64,000 bases of DNA from Acidobacteriota bacterium (GTDB taxonomy: Bacteria > Acidobacteriota > Thermoanaerobaculia > Thermoanaerobaculales > Sulfomarinibacteraceae). Location of the stretch: the NCBI GenBank assembly GCA_022340775.1, contig JAJDNH010000025.1, forward strand, positions 2,007-66,006. The letters are read 5' to 3'. The position numbers and the translations under genes were made by a program. The notes beneath the pieces are model-generated. The model had not been told where the DNA came from. It did no database searches and saw nothing but the letters and a program-made list of their open reading frames with translations. Shown in pieces: positions 1 to 9,186 of the stretch. Positions within the stretch are counted from its first letter, which is position 1; each line of letters opens with the position of its first letter.

Positions 1-122
1 GCATCCTCCTCGTCGGTGCTCGTCCCCCCCGAGCCGTGCACATTGATTGACGGTTCGATTCTACCATCGAGCAACAATGCGATCATAAGAGATTGAAGTT
101 GCGACTCTGTATTTATTAATAA

Positions 123-145
123 ACTCCTACTTGACAACTCGGAGA
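123..145 (+). promoter_or_regulatory. Imperfect palindrome overlapping a TTGACA -35-like hexamer upstream of the Rrf2 gene (candidate promoter/operator)
   Basis: ACTCCTACTTGACAACTCGGAGA has 16 of 23 positions self-complementary. TTGACA is at 131-136. The site sits in a local AT-rich patch just upstream of the ATG at 167. Confidence 0.25.
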
Positions 146-166
146 ACTGGGATTATTGATAAGTTG

Positions 167-685
167 ATGCGACTCTCCACTCGGGCTCGTTACGCCCTTC
201 GCATGATGCTCGACATTGCCAAGAACAACCAGGGCAATAGGGCGGTCAGCTTGAGCTCCGTAGCGGCGCGGACCGACCTTTCCAGGGGTTACCTCGAGCA
301 GCTGGTCGTACCGCTTCGCAACGCTCGACTCCTGCGCGGAGTGGCTGGCCGCAACGGCGGCTACCGTCTCTGCCGGGCGCCCGATGAGATCACGCTGGGA
401 GAGATCATCGAAGCAGTCATCGGTCCGGTGTGCCTCGTGGGCTGCCTGGAGGATCCTGACAGCTGTTTGCGGACGCAGTACTGCGAGTGCCGGCTGGTCT
501 ATGCCCTGATCAACCATCGGATCGCCGAGGTCCTTCACGGGTTCACGCTCGCCGACCTCCTCGACCCTGCATGGGTGCGGACAACGGGCGCCGAGGTCGC
601 CCAGCTGTCCGGTCTCTCCGTGAGCTCACCGGCAACCCCCAGTTGCCGGGTTTCCAGGCAAGGAGGTCTCGACGATGCCCATTGA
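167..685 (+). CDS. Rrf2 (IscR/NsrR-like) family transcriptional regulator, probably Fe-S binding
   Basis: MRLSTRARYALRMMLDIA...LSSVAARTDLSRGYLEQLVVPLRNARLLRGVAGRNGGYRL is the Rrf2 winged-helix signature. Cys cluster VCLVGCLEDPDSC..YCEC is present. ATG at 167 is preferred over the TTG at 131. Confidence 0.85.
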   Translation: MRLSTRARYALRMMLDIAKNNQGNRAVSLSSVAARTDLSRGYLEQLVVPLRNARLLRGVAGRNGGYRLCRAPDEITLGEIIEAVIGPVCLVGCLEDPDSCLRTQYCECRLVYALINHRIAEVLHGFTLADLLDPAWVRTTGAEVAQLSGLSVSSPATPSCRVSRQGGLDDAH

Positions 686-1346
686 AGTCTCTCGCTTCAC
701 CGAGGTCCTCATGGATCAGGCGCAGCTCGTGGCGCTGGCCATCATGGCAGCGGTCTACCTGCTCAAGATCCGGTGGATCCTCAACCATGCAGCCGCCAGT
801 GAGCGGACTCCCGCCCGCGGCGACCACGGCAAGGCGATTCGTTACTCCTACGCGACGCTCGCCATGCCGTGGGAGCTGCCGAGCACGCGTCGGCACTGGT
901 TCCACTACCTGGAGTTTGCGTTCTTCCACATCGCGGTGGCGGTCGCCATCCTGGTCACATTCGTGATGCCCTACTGGCCGCGTCTGCTTTCCGGCCGAGA
1001 CATGGTGGACCTCCTGCAGATCGTGTTTGCAGTCGGTCTACTGGCCGCCGCGTCGCGCCTGACACGTCGCATCGGGACCCCCGCCATGCGAGCCGTTTCA
1101 TCGCCGGACGACTACTTTTCCCTGCTCATGCTGGGGACATGGTTCGCGGCCGCGATCCTGGCCGCGCCTCAGGCGAGCGAGCCGGCCCTGATCGCCTTCT
1201 TCGGTCTCACGGCCTTTTTCCTCGTTTACGTGCCGTTTTCGAAGATCTCGCACTACATCTACTGGCCGTTCATCCGCTACTACACCGGCAAGCACTTCGG
1301 GCACCGCGGCGTGTACCCCGCCAAGTCGGTGCCGCGGCACGCGTGA
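675..1346 (+). CDS. Polytopic membrane protein, NarI/DsrM/HdrE-like (putative quinone-interacting b-type cytochrome subunit)
   Basis: It has about 5 hydrophobic helices, with His residues inside helices (WFHYLEFAFFHIAVAV; FSKISHYIYWPF). AAGGAGG lies upstream of the ATG. The start overlaps the rrf2 stop and the gene sits directly upstream of an HdrD/DsrK-like gene, as in DsrMK/HdrED pairs. Confidence 0.5.
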   Translation: MPIEVSRFTEVLMDQAQLVALAIMAAVYLLKIRWILNHAAASERTPARGDHGKAIRYSYATLAMPWELPSTRRHWFHYLEFAFFHIAVAVAILVTFVMPYWPRLLSGRDMVDLLQIVFAVGLLAAASRLTRRIGTPAMRAVSSPDDYFSLLMLGTWFAAAILAAPQASEPALIAFFGLTAFFLVYVPFSKISHYIYWPFIRYYTGKHFGHRGVYPAKSVPRHA

Positions 1347-1358
1347 GGAGGTTCAGAG

Positions 1359-3116
1359 ATGGCAAGCGGAAACACTCAGAGCCCCAGCGCACGAGCGGTC
1401 GTCGAGGGTTTCAAGAACGGCCTCAGCAGACAGACGGTCCTTTCTCTCGGTGCTTGTGTCCACTGCGGGATGTGCAACGACTCCTGCCACTACTACCTCG
1501 CCACCGGCGATCCCCAGATGACGCCCGCGGCCAAGACCGACAAGGTCCGCAAGCTGTACAAGCGCCACGTTGACTGGCTAGGACGGGTGGCCCCGGCATG
1601 GGTCGGCGGGGCTACGCTGCGCACGGACGAGGATCTCCAAGCCCTCCAGGACGTGGTCTACGGGTCGTGCACGATGTGCCGGCGGTGCACGCTCTCGTGT
1701 CCGTTCGGCGTCGACACCGCGCTCATCATGCGCACGGCACGCGGCCTGCTGACTGCCCAGGGTTTCGCCCCCGAAGGCGTGAAGGTGGTGAGCAAGGATC
1801 AGTGGGAGATCGGCAACCAGATGGGCGTATCCAAGGAGGACTACCTGGAAACCCTCGACTGGCTGCAGGACGAGCTTCGCGGCGATGTCGGGGATCCTGA
1901 AGCGATGATCCCAATCGACAAGGAAGGCGCCCATGTGCTCTTCCTCGTCAACCCGCGGGAGATCAAGTACGCCCCGATGTCGCTGCTGGCAGCGGCGAAG
2001 ATCTTCTACGCAGCCGGCGAAGATTGGACGATGCCCTCGGTGGGTTGGGACAACACCAACTTCGGCCTCTTTTCCGGAGACAACAAGCTCGGTGCGCACA
2101 TGGGCAAGCTGGCCTACGACCAGGCGAGGAAGCTGGGAATCGGCAAGGTCGTGATTTCCGAGTGCGGTCACGGCTTCAGGGCGACCAAGTGGGAGGCACC
2201 CAACTGGGCCAAGGAGGATCTGCCGTTCCCCATGGAGAGCTTCCTCGAGACCATGGTCGAGTACGTTAATACCGGCCGTCTGACTCTCGACCCGACCGCC
2301 AACCCGCGGCCGGTGACCTACCATGATCCCTGCAACCTGGCACGCTCCGCCGGTATTACAGAGGAGCCGAGGTTCCTGCTCAAACGCTCGTGTCTCGACT
2401 TCCGCGAGATGACGCCGAACCGTCAGGAGAACTTCTGTTGCACCGGGGGTGGCGGCGCGATGTCGATGTCCGAGTATGCACAGCGCCGCCTACAGGTGGC
2501 GAGAGTCAAGGCGGACCAGATCCGCGCTACCGGCGCCGAGTCGGTGGCGACGGCTTGCCACAACTGCATCGACGGTCTGTCTGATCTGATCAAACACTAC
2601 GAGCTCAAAGTGCCGGTTCGCAACGTTTGCGAGTACGTGGCCGATGCCCTGGTGCTGCCGGCGCCGGCAATAGCCCGTGATGCTCTGATTCCCACCGGTT
2701 TGCGCGGGAAGAGGGTGCTCGTGATCGACGACGATCCGGACACGGTCGTCTACCTGACGACGCTGTTCGAAGATCAGGGCCTGGACACGGTATCCGCGCA
2801 CAACGCCGCCGAGGGCATGACGGCGGCACGCACGGCACAACCCGATCTGATCACGCTCGACATCTCGATGCCGGGACGATCGGGAGCGGACGTTTTCGCC
2901 AAGCTGCGGTCGGATGAGGTGCTGGCGCGGATCCCCGTCGTCATAGTAACCGGAGCGATCGACTTCAGGGAGCTCATGTACAGACGCAACGTCCCGCCGC
3001 CGGACGGGTATGTAGCGAAGCCGATCGATCCAGAGCTGCTCTTGATGACGCTCCGCAAAGTGTTGGAGGTCAGGCACCGCGAGGGTGTAGGCTCTGGGGA
3101 GGGCGCTGCGGTCTGA
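1359..3116 (+). CDS. HdrD/DsrK/GlpC-like Fe-S oxidoreductase (2x 4Fe-4S ferredoxin motif + 2 CCG-type Cys-rich regions) fused to a C-terminal response-regulator receiver domain
   Basis: Ferredoxin motifs are CVHCGMCNDSCHYY and CTMCRRCTLSCPFG. Cys-rich regions are HDPCNLAR, FCCTGGGG and ACHNC. A receiver domain spans aa 451-569 (VLVIDDD, phospho-site LITLD(501)ISMPG, VIVT(531)G, VAK(554)P). GAGGAGG SD is present. Confidence 0.8.
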   Translation: MASGNTQSPSARAVVEGFKNGLSRQTVLSLGACVHCGMCNDSCHYYLATGDPQMTPAAKTDKVRKLYKRHVDWLGRVAPAWVGGATLRTDEDLQALQDVVYGSCTMCRRCTLSCPFGVDTALIMRTARGLLTAQGFAPEGVKVVSKDQWEIGNQMGVSKEDYLETLDWLQDELRGDVGDPEAMIPIDKEGAHVLFLVNPREIKYAPMSLLAAAKIFYAAGEDWTMPSVGWDNTNFGLFSGDNKLGAHMGKLAYDQARKLGIGKVVISECGHGFRATKWEAPNWAKEDLPFPMESFLETMVEYVNTGRLTLDPTANPRPVTYHDPCNLARSAGITEEPRFLLKRSCLDFREMTPNRQENFCCTGGGGAMSMSEYAQRRLQVARVKADQIRATGAESVATACHNCIDGLSDLIKHYELKVPVRNVCEYVADALVLPAPAIARDALIPTGLRGKRVLVIDDDPDTVVYLTTLFEDQGLDTVSAHNAAEGMTAARTAQPDLITLDISMPGRSGADVFAKLRSDEVLARIPVVIVTGAIDFRELMYRRNVPPPDGYVAKPIDPELLLMTLRKVLEVRHREGVGSGEGAAV

Positions 3117-3144
3117 CGCCGGGCCGCGGCCCAGGAGGTCCAGG

Positions 3145-4593
3145 ATGACCGCCGAGGCCGGCCGAACCGAGATCTCGGGGCGACAGCTTCTTGACGCCCT
3201 CGGTGGGTTCAACCTGGTGGTGAATCGGGAGCTTGAGGTGCTCCAAGTGGGAGCGCCGCTGCGGGAGGCCTTGGGTGATGCCCTGGGCCTCCCGTGCTAC
3301 GGGGTGCTCCACGGGCGGGACGAACCCTGTCCAGACTGCCCGGCGCGCGCAGTCCTGGAATCCCGACAACGGGTCCTCGGTGCGGAGCTGACACCGACGA
3401 CTGGGGGTGGTACGACCGTTGTGCCGGTGACGGCGGCGCCGGTGCTGGCCGACGACGGCACCATCGTCGCGGTCGTGCTCACCGAGCTCGCCGGCGGCGG
3501 GACCGGAAGGCCCACCGAGGCGGCCCACGAGCGTGCCTGTGCAACCCTCTTCGAAGAGGTGCCCTGCTACATCGCAGTGATCGACGAGGATTTCCACCTG
3601 CTGCGCGTGAATCGCAAGGCGCGCGACGATTTCGGCGACCCGGCCGACGTCCTCGGGGTCCACTGCTACGAGCTGTTCAAGCGGCGCAGGGAGCCTTGTC
3701 TGAACTGCCCGACGGCGGCGACGTTCCGTGAGGGCAGCTCACGGACCAGCGAGGAGACGGTCATCACACGCAACGGCGAGCCCCGGCAGGTGCTGGTGAT
3801 CACCACACCGCTCCTCGACGCCGAAGGGGAAACGAGCCGCGTCATGGAGATGGCCACTGACATCACCGAAATCCGTCACATGCAGTCGCAGCTTGAGGCG
3901 CTGGGGATGCTGGTGGGTCGGATAGCGCACGACATCAAGGGTGTGCTGACCGGGCTCGACGGTGGGGTCTACATGGTCTCGACCGGGATGGAGCGGCGCG
4001 ATCAGGACCGACTCGACCGTGGTTGGCAGATGGTCCGACGCAACGTCGACCGAATCCGAACCCTGGCCCTCGACATCCTTTACTACGCCAAGGACCGCGA
4101 GCCCGACTGCCGTCTCGCTTCCCCGATCAAGGTGTTGGACACGGTGCTGGCGCGTCTCGAGCCGAGGGCGAAAGAGGCTGGCGTGTCGGTCCAGCGCGAC
4201 GTGGACCCGGAGGCGATTCGGTTCGAGGTCGACGTTCGTGCCGTTGAAGCACTCTTGACCAATCTCGCCGACAACGCGCTCGATGCTTGCCGTATCGACG
4301 AGCGGGAGGACGGGCACACCGTGCGCATGGCGGTGCGCGACGGTGCGGAGGAGGTCTTGTTCGTGGTCGAGGACAACGGCGTCGGCATGGACTCCGAGGG
4401 TCGCGCCAAGGCCTTTACGCCGTTCTTCTCATCGAAGGGCTCCAGTGGCACTGGCCTCGGGCTCTACATCGCTCACCGCATCGCTGTCCAGCACGGCGGT
4501 GGCATTGACCTCGACAGCGAGCTCGGGCGCGGTACAACCTTCACGGTGCATCTGCCCAAGCACTCCCACAGGGCACGCGCCAAACCGGCCTAG
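3145..4593 (+). CDS. Cytoplasmic sensor histidine kinase with two Cys-containing PAS-like modules, HisKA and HATPase_c
   Basis: H-box is LVGRIAHDIKGVLTGL. ATPase boxes are EDNGVGMD and GTGLGLYI. No TM segment is seen. The motif CY-x8-PC-x2-CP is repeated. AGGAGG SD is present. Confidence 0.85.
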   Translation: MTAEAGRTEISGRQLLDALGGFNLVVNRELEVLQVGAPLREALGDALGLPCYGVLHGRDEPCPDCPARAVLESRQRVLGAELTPTTGGGTTVVPVTAAPVLADDGTIVAVVLTELAGGGTGRPTEAAHERACATLFEEVPCYIAVIDEDFHLLRVNRKARDDFGDPADVLGVHCYELFKRRREPCLNCPTAATFREGSSRTSEETVITRNGEPRQVLVITTPLLDAEGETSRVMEMATDITEIRHMQSQLEALGMLVGRIAHDIKGVLTGLDGGVYMVSTGMERRDQDRLDRGWQMVRRNVDRIRTLALDILYYAKDREPDCRLASPIKVLDTVLARLEPRAKEAGVSVQRDVDPEAIRFEVDVRAVEALLTNLADNALDACRIDEREDGHTVRMAVRDGAEEVLFVVEDNGVGMDSEGRAKAFTPFFSSKGSSGTGLGLYIAHRIAVQHGGGIDLDSELGRGTTFTVHLPKHSHRARAKPA

Positions 4594-4860
4594 CCGCAGC
4601 GCAGGCGAGCGAGCGTGGGAGCCTCGAGCGCACGGTGGTGCTGGGCCCTGCCCTGGCGAGCTCGAGTGAAATGTCTGCCGTGCAAATGGTTCTGAGTGAG
4701 GTTCCTCGATGTGGCCAGTGATAGAATGATCGTCGAGGGTACTGGAGGGTATCGATGGGTACGGCCACGTCTGCCGCGAGTTCGGCTGTCGGGAGGCGCC
4801 GGGCCAGCACCGACGTAGCAGGCTGTGGAGGGCGCCAGGAACGACGCCAAGCCGGCGGCC

Positions 4861-5337
4861 ATGTGTGACGAGGGGCGGCCCCGGGGCGTCGAGGCCGGGC
4901 TGACGGTCATCGAGCTGTTGGTCACTGGGGCGCTGATCGCGACGCTGGCGTCGATTGTCATACCGCATTACACGAGTGCACAGAAGAAGATGCGCGTCAC
5001 ACGAGCGGTGACCGAGATCCGCTCGCTCGAGGCCGATATCGGCGTCTACATCAATGATCACGGAGAGCCCCCCGACACGCTGGTTCAGGCCGGCATCAGC
5101 ACGCCGCTTGACCCTTGGGGCAACCCGTATCAGTACCTGAAGATCATCAACGGTGGACCGGGCGCGAACGGCCAATCCCGAAAGGACCACTCGATGGTGC
5201 CGGTGAACTCGGACTACGATCTCTACAGCATGGGTCCGGATGGCAAGAGCCAGCCAGCGTTCACCTCCCAATCGAGCCGCGACGACATCGTTCGTGCCGG
5301 AGACGGCGCCTATGTCGGCCCGGTGTCCGACTTCTGA
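4861..5337 (+). CDS. Type II secretion GspG-like pseudopilin / type IV pilin-like protein (orphan)
   Basis: Prepilin leader and N-terminal helix G|LTVIELLVTGALIATLASIVIP, with Glu at +5. GspG-like core is DPWGNPYQY...YDLYSMGPDGK. The start at ATG 4861 is an assumption. Confidence 0.7.
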   Translation: MCDEGRPRGVEAGLTVIELLVTGALIATLASIVIPHYTSAQKKMRVTRAVTEIRSLEADIGVYINDHGEPPDTLVQAGISTPLDPWGNPYQYLKIINGGPGANGQSRKDHSMVPVNSDYDLYSMGPDGKSQPAFTSQSSRDDIVRAGDGAYVGPVSDF

Positions 5338-5351
5338 GGACGGGGGCAGGG

Positions 5352-7565
5352 GTGAAGATCCGCCTCAGGATGCTCACGACTCGGATCGGACACAGGATCC
5401 TGCTGCTGTTCGTGCTGTGCGCGCTGGTCCCGATCGTGACCCTGGCGGTGGTCTCGTACCGTGAAGTGGTGAGCGAGCTGCGTGCGCAGAGCGCCCGCCG
5501 TCTCCGTGAGTCGACCAAGATGGTGGGGCTCTCGGTGTACAACCGGATCCTTCTTCTCGAACACGACCTGCGGGCTTCCGGCTTGGACCAGGACCTCGAA
5601 GGAGCCAGCGGGCGGGGAACGGATGAACCCGCGGCGGCCCGCTTCGAGCAGGTGTTCACAGTCTCGGACACCGAGATGCCGGCTCAGCTTCGCAGGTCGG
5701 GTGAGACCGAGAACGCGGTCCAGGAGCGGCTTCGTTGGTTGAGAGACGGCGGATCGGTGCTGCTGTCGCAAGGAGGAGAGAGCGGTCGGCCGCGAGTGAC
5801 GTTGTTCGTCCGCAACCAGCGTCCCACGCTGGGAGCCGAGACTCTCGGTGCCGATATCAACCCCAGGTTCTTGTGGGGCGGGGACGGAGGAGGGATGGTC
5901 CCAGCCGGGTACCAGGCTTGCTGGTTCGACGACCGGCTGAAGCCCCTCTTCGCGTCGTTTCCAGGGTGTTCGGCGCTGCCGGCACTGCTCGGAAACGGAC
6001 CGAACGCTTTGGTTTCTGGCAGGGTAGGGCTTACGGCGGCTGGCACCGAATACCTCGCCGGCTACCGTCGGGTGTTCCTGAAAGGGCGATTCTCGGTCCG
6101 CGACTGGGTCGTCGTGCTGTGCGAGTCGAAGGCGAGCGTGCTGGCGCCGGTGGCGCAGTTCCGGCGCGTGTTTCCTCCGGTGGTCCTGATGACCCTCTGG
6201 GTCGTGATCCTCCTGAGCCTGATTACGCTGCGCAAGACTCTCGATCCGCTCGATCGGCTCAAGGCTGCTACCGGGCATCTGGCCGATCGCGACTTTCAAT
6301 GGCGCGTGGACGTCAACAGCGGCGATGAGTTCGAGGAGCTTGCGAGTGCATTCAACGACATGGCGGGCCGTCTCAAGAACCAGTTCAAAACTCAGGCGAT
6401 GATCGCGGAGCTCCATCGCACCATCCTGTCGGCGCTGGATCCCTCCCTGGTGGTCGAGGCGACAATCTCGGGCGTGCTCAAAACGCTGGAGTGCGAGCTC
6501 GCCTGCGTGGCCCTGTCGGAGGATATCGGCGGAACGATCACCCTGTACACGGGCCGCTCGGGGGCGACGGCAGTCGAGAGGTCGACTCACCGGCTGACGC
6601 AGCGGGACCGCGAGCGGATGAGCGAGGAGGGAACGGTCATCGATCTGGCGGACCGCGACGACTCGCTGAGGCATCTGACCGATGCGGACGGAGAGCTGGC
6701 CACCGTCATCCTGGCGCCGGTCGCGCTCAGAAGACGAGGGCCGGGCGCCCTGATCCTCGGCTGGCGGACAGAGGATGGGCTCGGGAGCTCCCGGGATCTC
6801 GAGGTGCGGCGGCTGGCGGATCAGCTCGAGGTTGCGCTTGCCAACTCATCCCTGGTTCAAGAGCTCGGCGACCTCACATGGGGAACGTTGCAGGCTCTGG
6901 CTCGTGCCGTGGACGCCAAATCCTCATGGACTGCAGGACACTCCGAACGGGTGACGCAAATCGCCCTCGAGATCGGCCGCGAGATGGGCCTGTCTCCCGA
7001 AGAGCTGAGACCGCTTCGCAGTGGCGCACTGCTGCACGACATCGGCAAGATCGGGGTACCGCGCCAGATTCTCGACAAGCCGTCGACGCTGGACGGGGAG
7101 GAGCTCCGTGCGATCCGTAGCCACCCGCTCATCGGCGAGCGGATCCTCGAGCCGATCGCGGCTTTTGAAGAGGCGTTGCCGATCATCTCGCAGCACCATG
7201 AGCGCTTCGACGGCTCCGGCTATCCGCGAGGGGTGACCGGAGCTGCGATCGACATCAAGGCCAGGATCCTCGCCGTCGCCGATGTTTACGATGCGATGAC
7301 CACGGTGCGGCCGTACCGCCAAGCTCGCAGCCACGAAACAGCAGTGGCCACGATCCGTGAGGGCTCCGGCAGTCAGTTCGATCCCGCCGTGGTCGGGGCT
7401 TTTCTGAGAATTATCGAGAGCTCTGGGCAGCCCGGCAGGGAGACAGCCCTGCCCCCCTCCGATGTGCCCGCAGAGAGTCATGAGGCGAACAGCTCCGTCG
7501 CCGGAGGCGCCAGCGGCGAGCCTCAGTCAACCCGTGATGGAGCGCAGCCTCCTGGGGGGACATGA
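5352..7565 (+). CDS. Membrane-anchored HAMP / HD-GYP domain protein (putative c-di-GMP phosphodiesterase)
   Basis: N-terminal TM ILLLFVLCALVPIVTLAVV, a second TM plus HAMP (LDPLDRLKAATGHLADRDFQWRV..FEELASAFNDMAGRL), and HD-GYP motifs HSERV, LLHDIGKIGVP, HHERFDGSGYPRG. The start is GTG 5352 or ATG 5370. Confidence 0.8.
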   Translation: MKIRLRMLTTRIGHRILLLFVLCALVPIVTLAVVSYREVVSELRAQSARRLRESTKMVGLSVYNRILLLEHDLRASGLDQDLEGASGRGTDEPAAARFEQVFTVSDTEMPAQLRRSGETENAVQERLRWLRDGGSVLLSQGGESGRPRVTLFVRNQRPTLGAETLGADINPRFLWGGDGGGMVPAGYQACWFDDRLKPLFASFPGCSALPALLGNGPNALVSGRVGLTAAGTEYLAGYRRVFLKGRFSVRDWVVVLCESKASVLAPVAQFRRVFPPVVLMTLWVVILLSLITLRKTLDPLDRLKAATGHLADRDFQWRVDVNSGDEFEELASAFNDMAGRLKNQFKTQAMIAELHRTILSALDPSLVVEATISGVLKTLECELACVALSEDIGGTITLYTGRSGATAVERSTHRLTQRDRERMSEEGTVIDLADRDDSLRHLTDADGELATVILAPVALRRRGPGALILGWRTEDGLGSSRDLEVRRLADQLEVALANSSLVQELGDLTWGTLQALARAVDAKSSWTAGHSERVTQIALEIGREMGLSPEELRPLRSGALLHDIGKIGVPRQILDKPSTLDGEELRAIRSHPLIGERILEPIAAFEEALPIISQHHERFDGSGYPRGVTGAAIDIKARILAVADVYDAMTTVRPYRQARSHETAVATIREGSGSQFDPAVVGAFLRIIESSGQPGRETALPPSDVPAESHEANSSVAGGASGEPQSTRDGAQPPGGT

Positions 7566-7945
7566 TGCACAAGCAGTGGATGAGAGCCGCCGTCGTCCTC
7601 GGCGTCGCGATCGCCTGCGTGACCAGTCCCGGCTGCCGTCGCCACGACCGCGGGGTACCGGCGGTGCTGCTCGGGGTGTGGACGAGCAGCAGCCCGGGCT
7701 ATAGCGACAGGTACATCGACATCCGGCCGGACATGATCATCTTTGGCACGGGTGGAACCAGATCGCAGGGCTACCGAATCCTCGGCTGTGAGCGCCGGGA
7801 AACGCCGGACGGTCCGCTTTACATACTGGAGTTCAAGGGCGTTTCGGCTGGGCCCTACCGGCGGCCCCTGTACTACATTTCCGAAGGCGGCGGGCGGCTG
7901 AAGTTCAAGAACCAGCCCGCGGTGACCTGGGTGCGATCGTCCTGA
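7562..7945 (+). CDS. Small hypothetical lipoprotein
   Basis: Signal peptide with a lipobox-like VTSPGC. The start overlaps the upstream stop (ATGA). No family recognised. Confidence 0.5.
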   Translation: MMHKQWMRAAVVLGVAIACVTSPGCRRHDRGVPAVLLGVWTSSSPGYSDRYIDIRPDMIIFGTGGTRSQGYRILGCERRETPDGPLYILEFKGVSAGPYRRPLYYISEGGGRLKFKNQPAVTWVRSS

Positions 7946-8063
7946 CGTGGCGCGCGTGTGCCCGCCGTCCGCCCCGGCATCCTCGTGTCTTCCCAGATGA
8001 CAGCCAGCATGCAAAGTAGAATGGGGTGTTCAACGATCGAGTGGTCAATACCTGGAGGTTGTC

Positions 8064-9134
8064 ATGGGACGGTTCATGAAGCGCTACAGCGCGCCGGGCA
8101 GCGTTCCTGGGAGCTTTGCCGAAAGGGCGCCCGAGGGCCCGTGTGCGGCGCTCGAGGTGATCCTTTACTCTCCCGAAGCGTACAGGCGGTTCGAAATCCC
8201 CTCGCTGGACAAGCTCCCGGACCCGAAACCCGGGACCGTGACGTGGCTCAACGTGGCGGGTCTCGACGGCGCCGTGCTCGAGCAGCTTACCTCGCGGTTC
8301 GGAATCCATCCGCTAGTCATGGAGGATGTCGTGAACCTCGGGCAGCGACCAAAGGTCGAGGCGTACGACGGCTACCTTTTCGTGGTGCTCGACCTGGTGA
8401 CATGGAACGAGGAGGCGCTGCATGTCGAGCGAGAGCAGGTCAGCCTTCTGCTCCTCGAGGGGCTAGTGATCTCGATCCAGGAGCGGCCCGGGGATGTGTT
8501 CGATCCGGTGCGGGAGCGCATCTCGTCGGCGCGGGGGCGGATCCGCACTGTCGGCGCTGATTACCTCCTCTACGCTCTCATCGATGCGGCGGTCGATCAT
8601 CTCTTCCCGGTCCTGGAGAGCGTCGGCGACCAGATCGAGGACCTCGAGGACGAGCTCGTGGAGGAGCCGTCCCGGGAGCACGTCGCCACCCTTCACGCGA
8701 TCAAGCGCGACCTGCTCAGTCTCAGACGTTCGACGTGGCCGTTGCGCGAGATGACGTCCAGGCTCGCTCGCGGCGAGAACGCGGCGTTTGCAGCCGACAC
8801 GGTTCCCTACCTTCGCGACGTTGCCGATCACGCGGTCCAGGTGCTCGATGTGTTGGAGAGCTTCCGAGATGTCGTCTCCGGTCTCATGGACCTGTACCTG
8901 TCCAGCGTCTCCAACCGCATGAACGAGGTCATGAAGGTGCTGACCATCATCGCGACGATCTTCATCCCGCTGGGGTTCATCGCCGGTCTGTACGGCATGA
9001 ACTTCAATCCAGCGGTCAGCCCTTACAACATGCCCGAGCTCGGATGGCGCTACGGCTACCCGTTCGCGCTCGCTGTCATGGCCACGGTCGCGGGAGTGAT
9101 GGTGTTCTACTTCTCCCGCCGCAAGTGGCTGTGA
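8064..9134 (+). CDS. corA: CorA-type magnesium/cobalt transporter
   Basis: C-terminal two TM helices with the YGMNF signature (GLYGMNFNPAVSPYNMPEL). GGAGG SD is present. Confidence 0.9.
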   Translation: MGRFMKRYSAPGSVPGSFAERAPEGPCAALEVILYSPEAYRRFEIPSLDKLPDPKPGTVTWLNVAGLDGAVLEQLTSRFGIHPLVMEDVVNLGQRPKVEAYDGYLFVVLDLVTWNEEALHVEREQVSLLLLEGLVISIQERPGDVFDPVRERISSARGRIRTVGADYLLYALIDAAVDHLFPVLESVGDQIEDLEDELVEEPSREHVATLHAIKRDLLSLRRSTWPLREMTSRLARGENAAFAADTVPYLRDVADHAVQVLDVLESFRDVVSGLMDLYLSSVSNRMNEVMKVLTIIATIFIPLGFIAGLYGMNFNPAVSPYNMPELGWRYGYPFALAVMATVAGVMVFYFSRRKWL

Positions 9135-9186
9135 CCGTGCCGGAGCCGGCTTGCGGGCCGGATGGTGGTTGACTACAGTGACTCTC

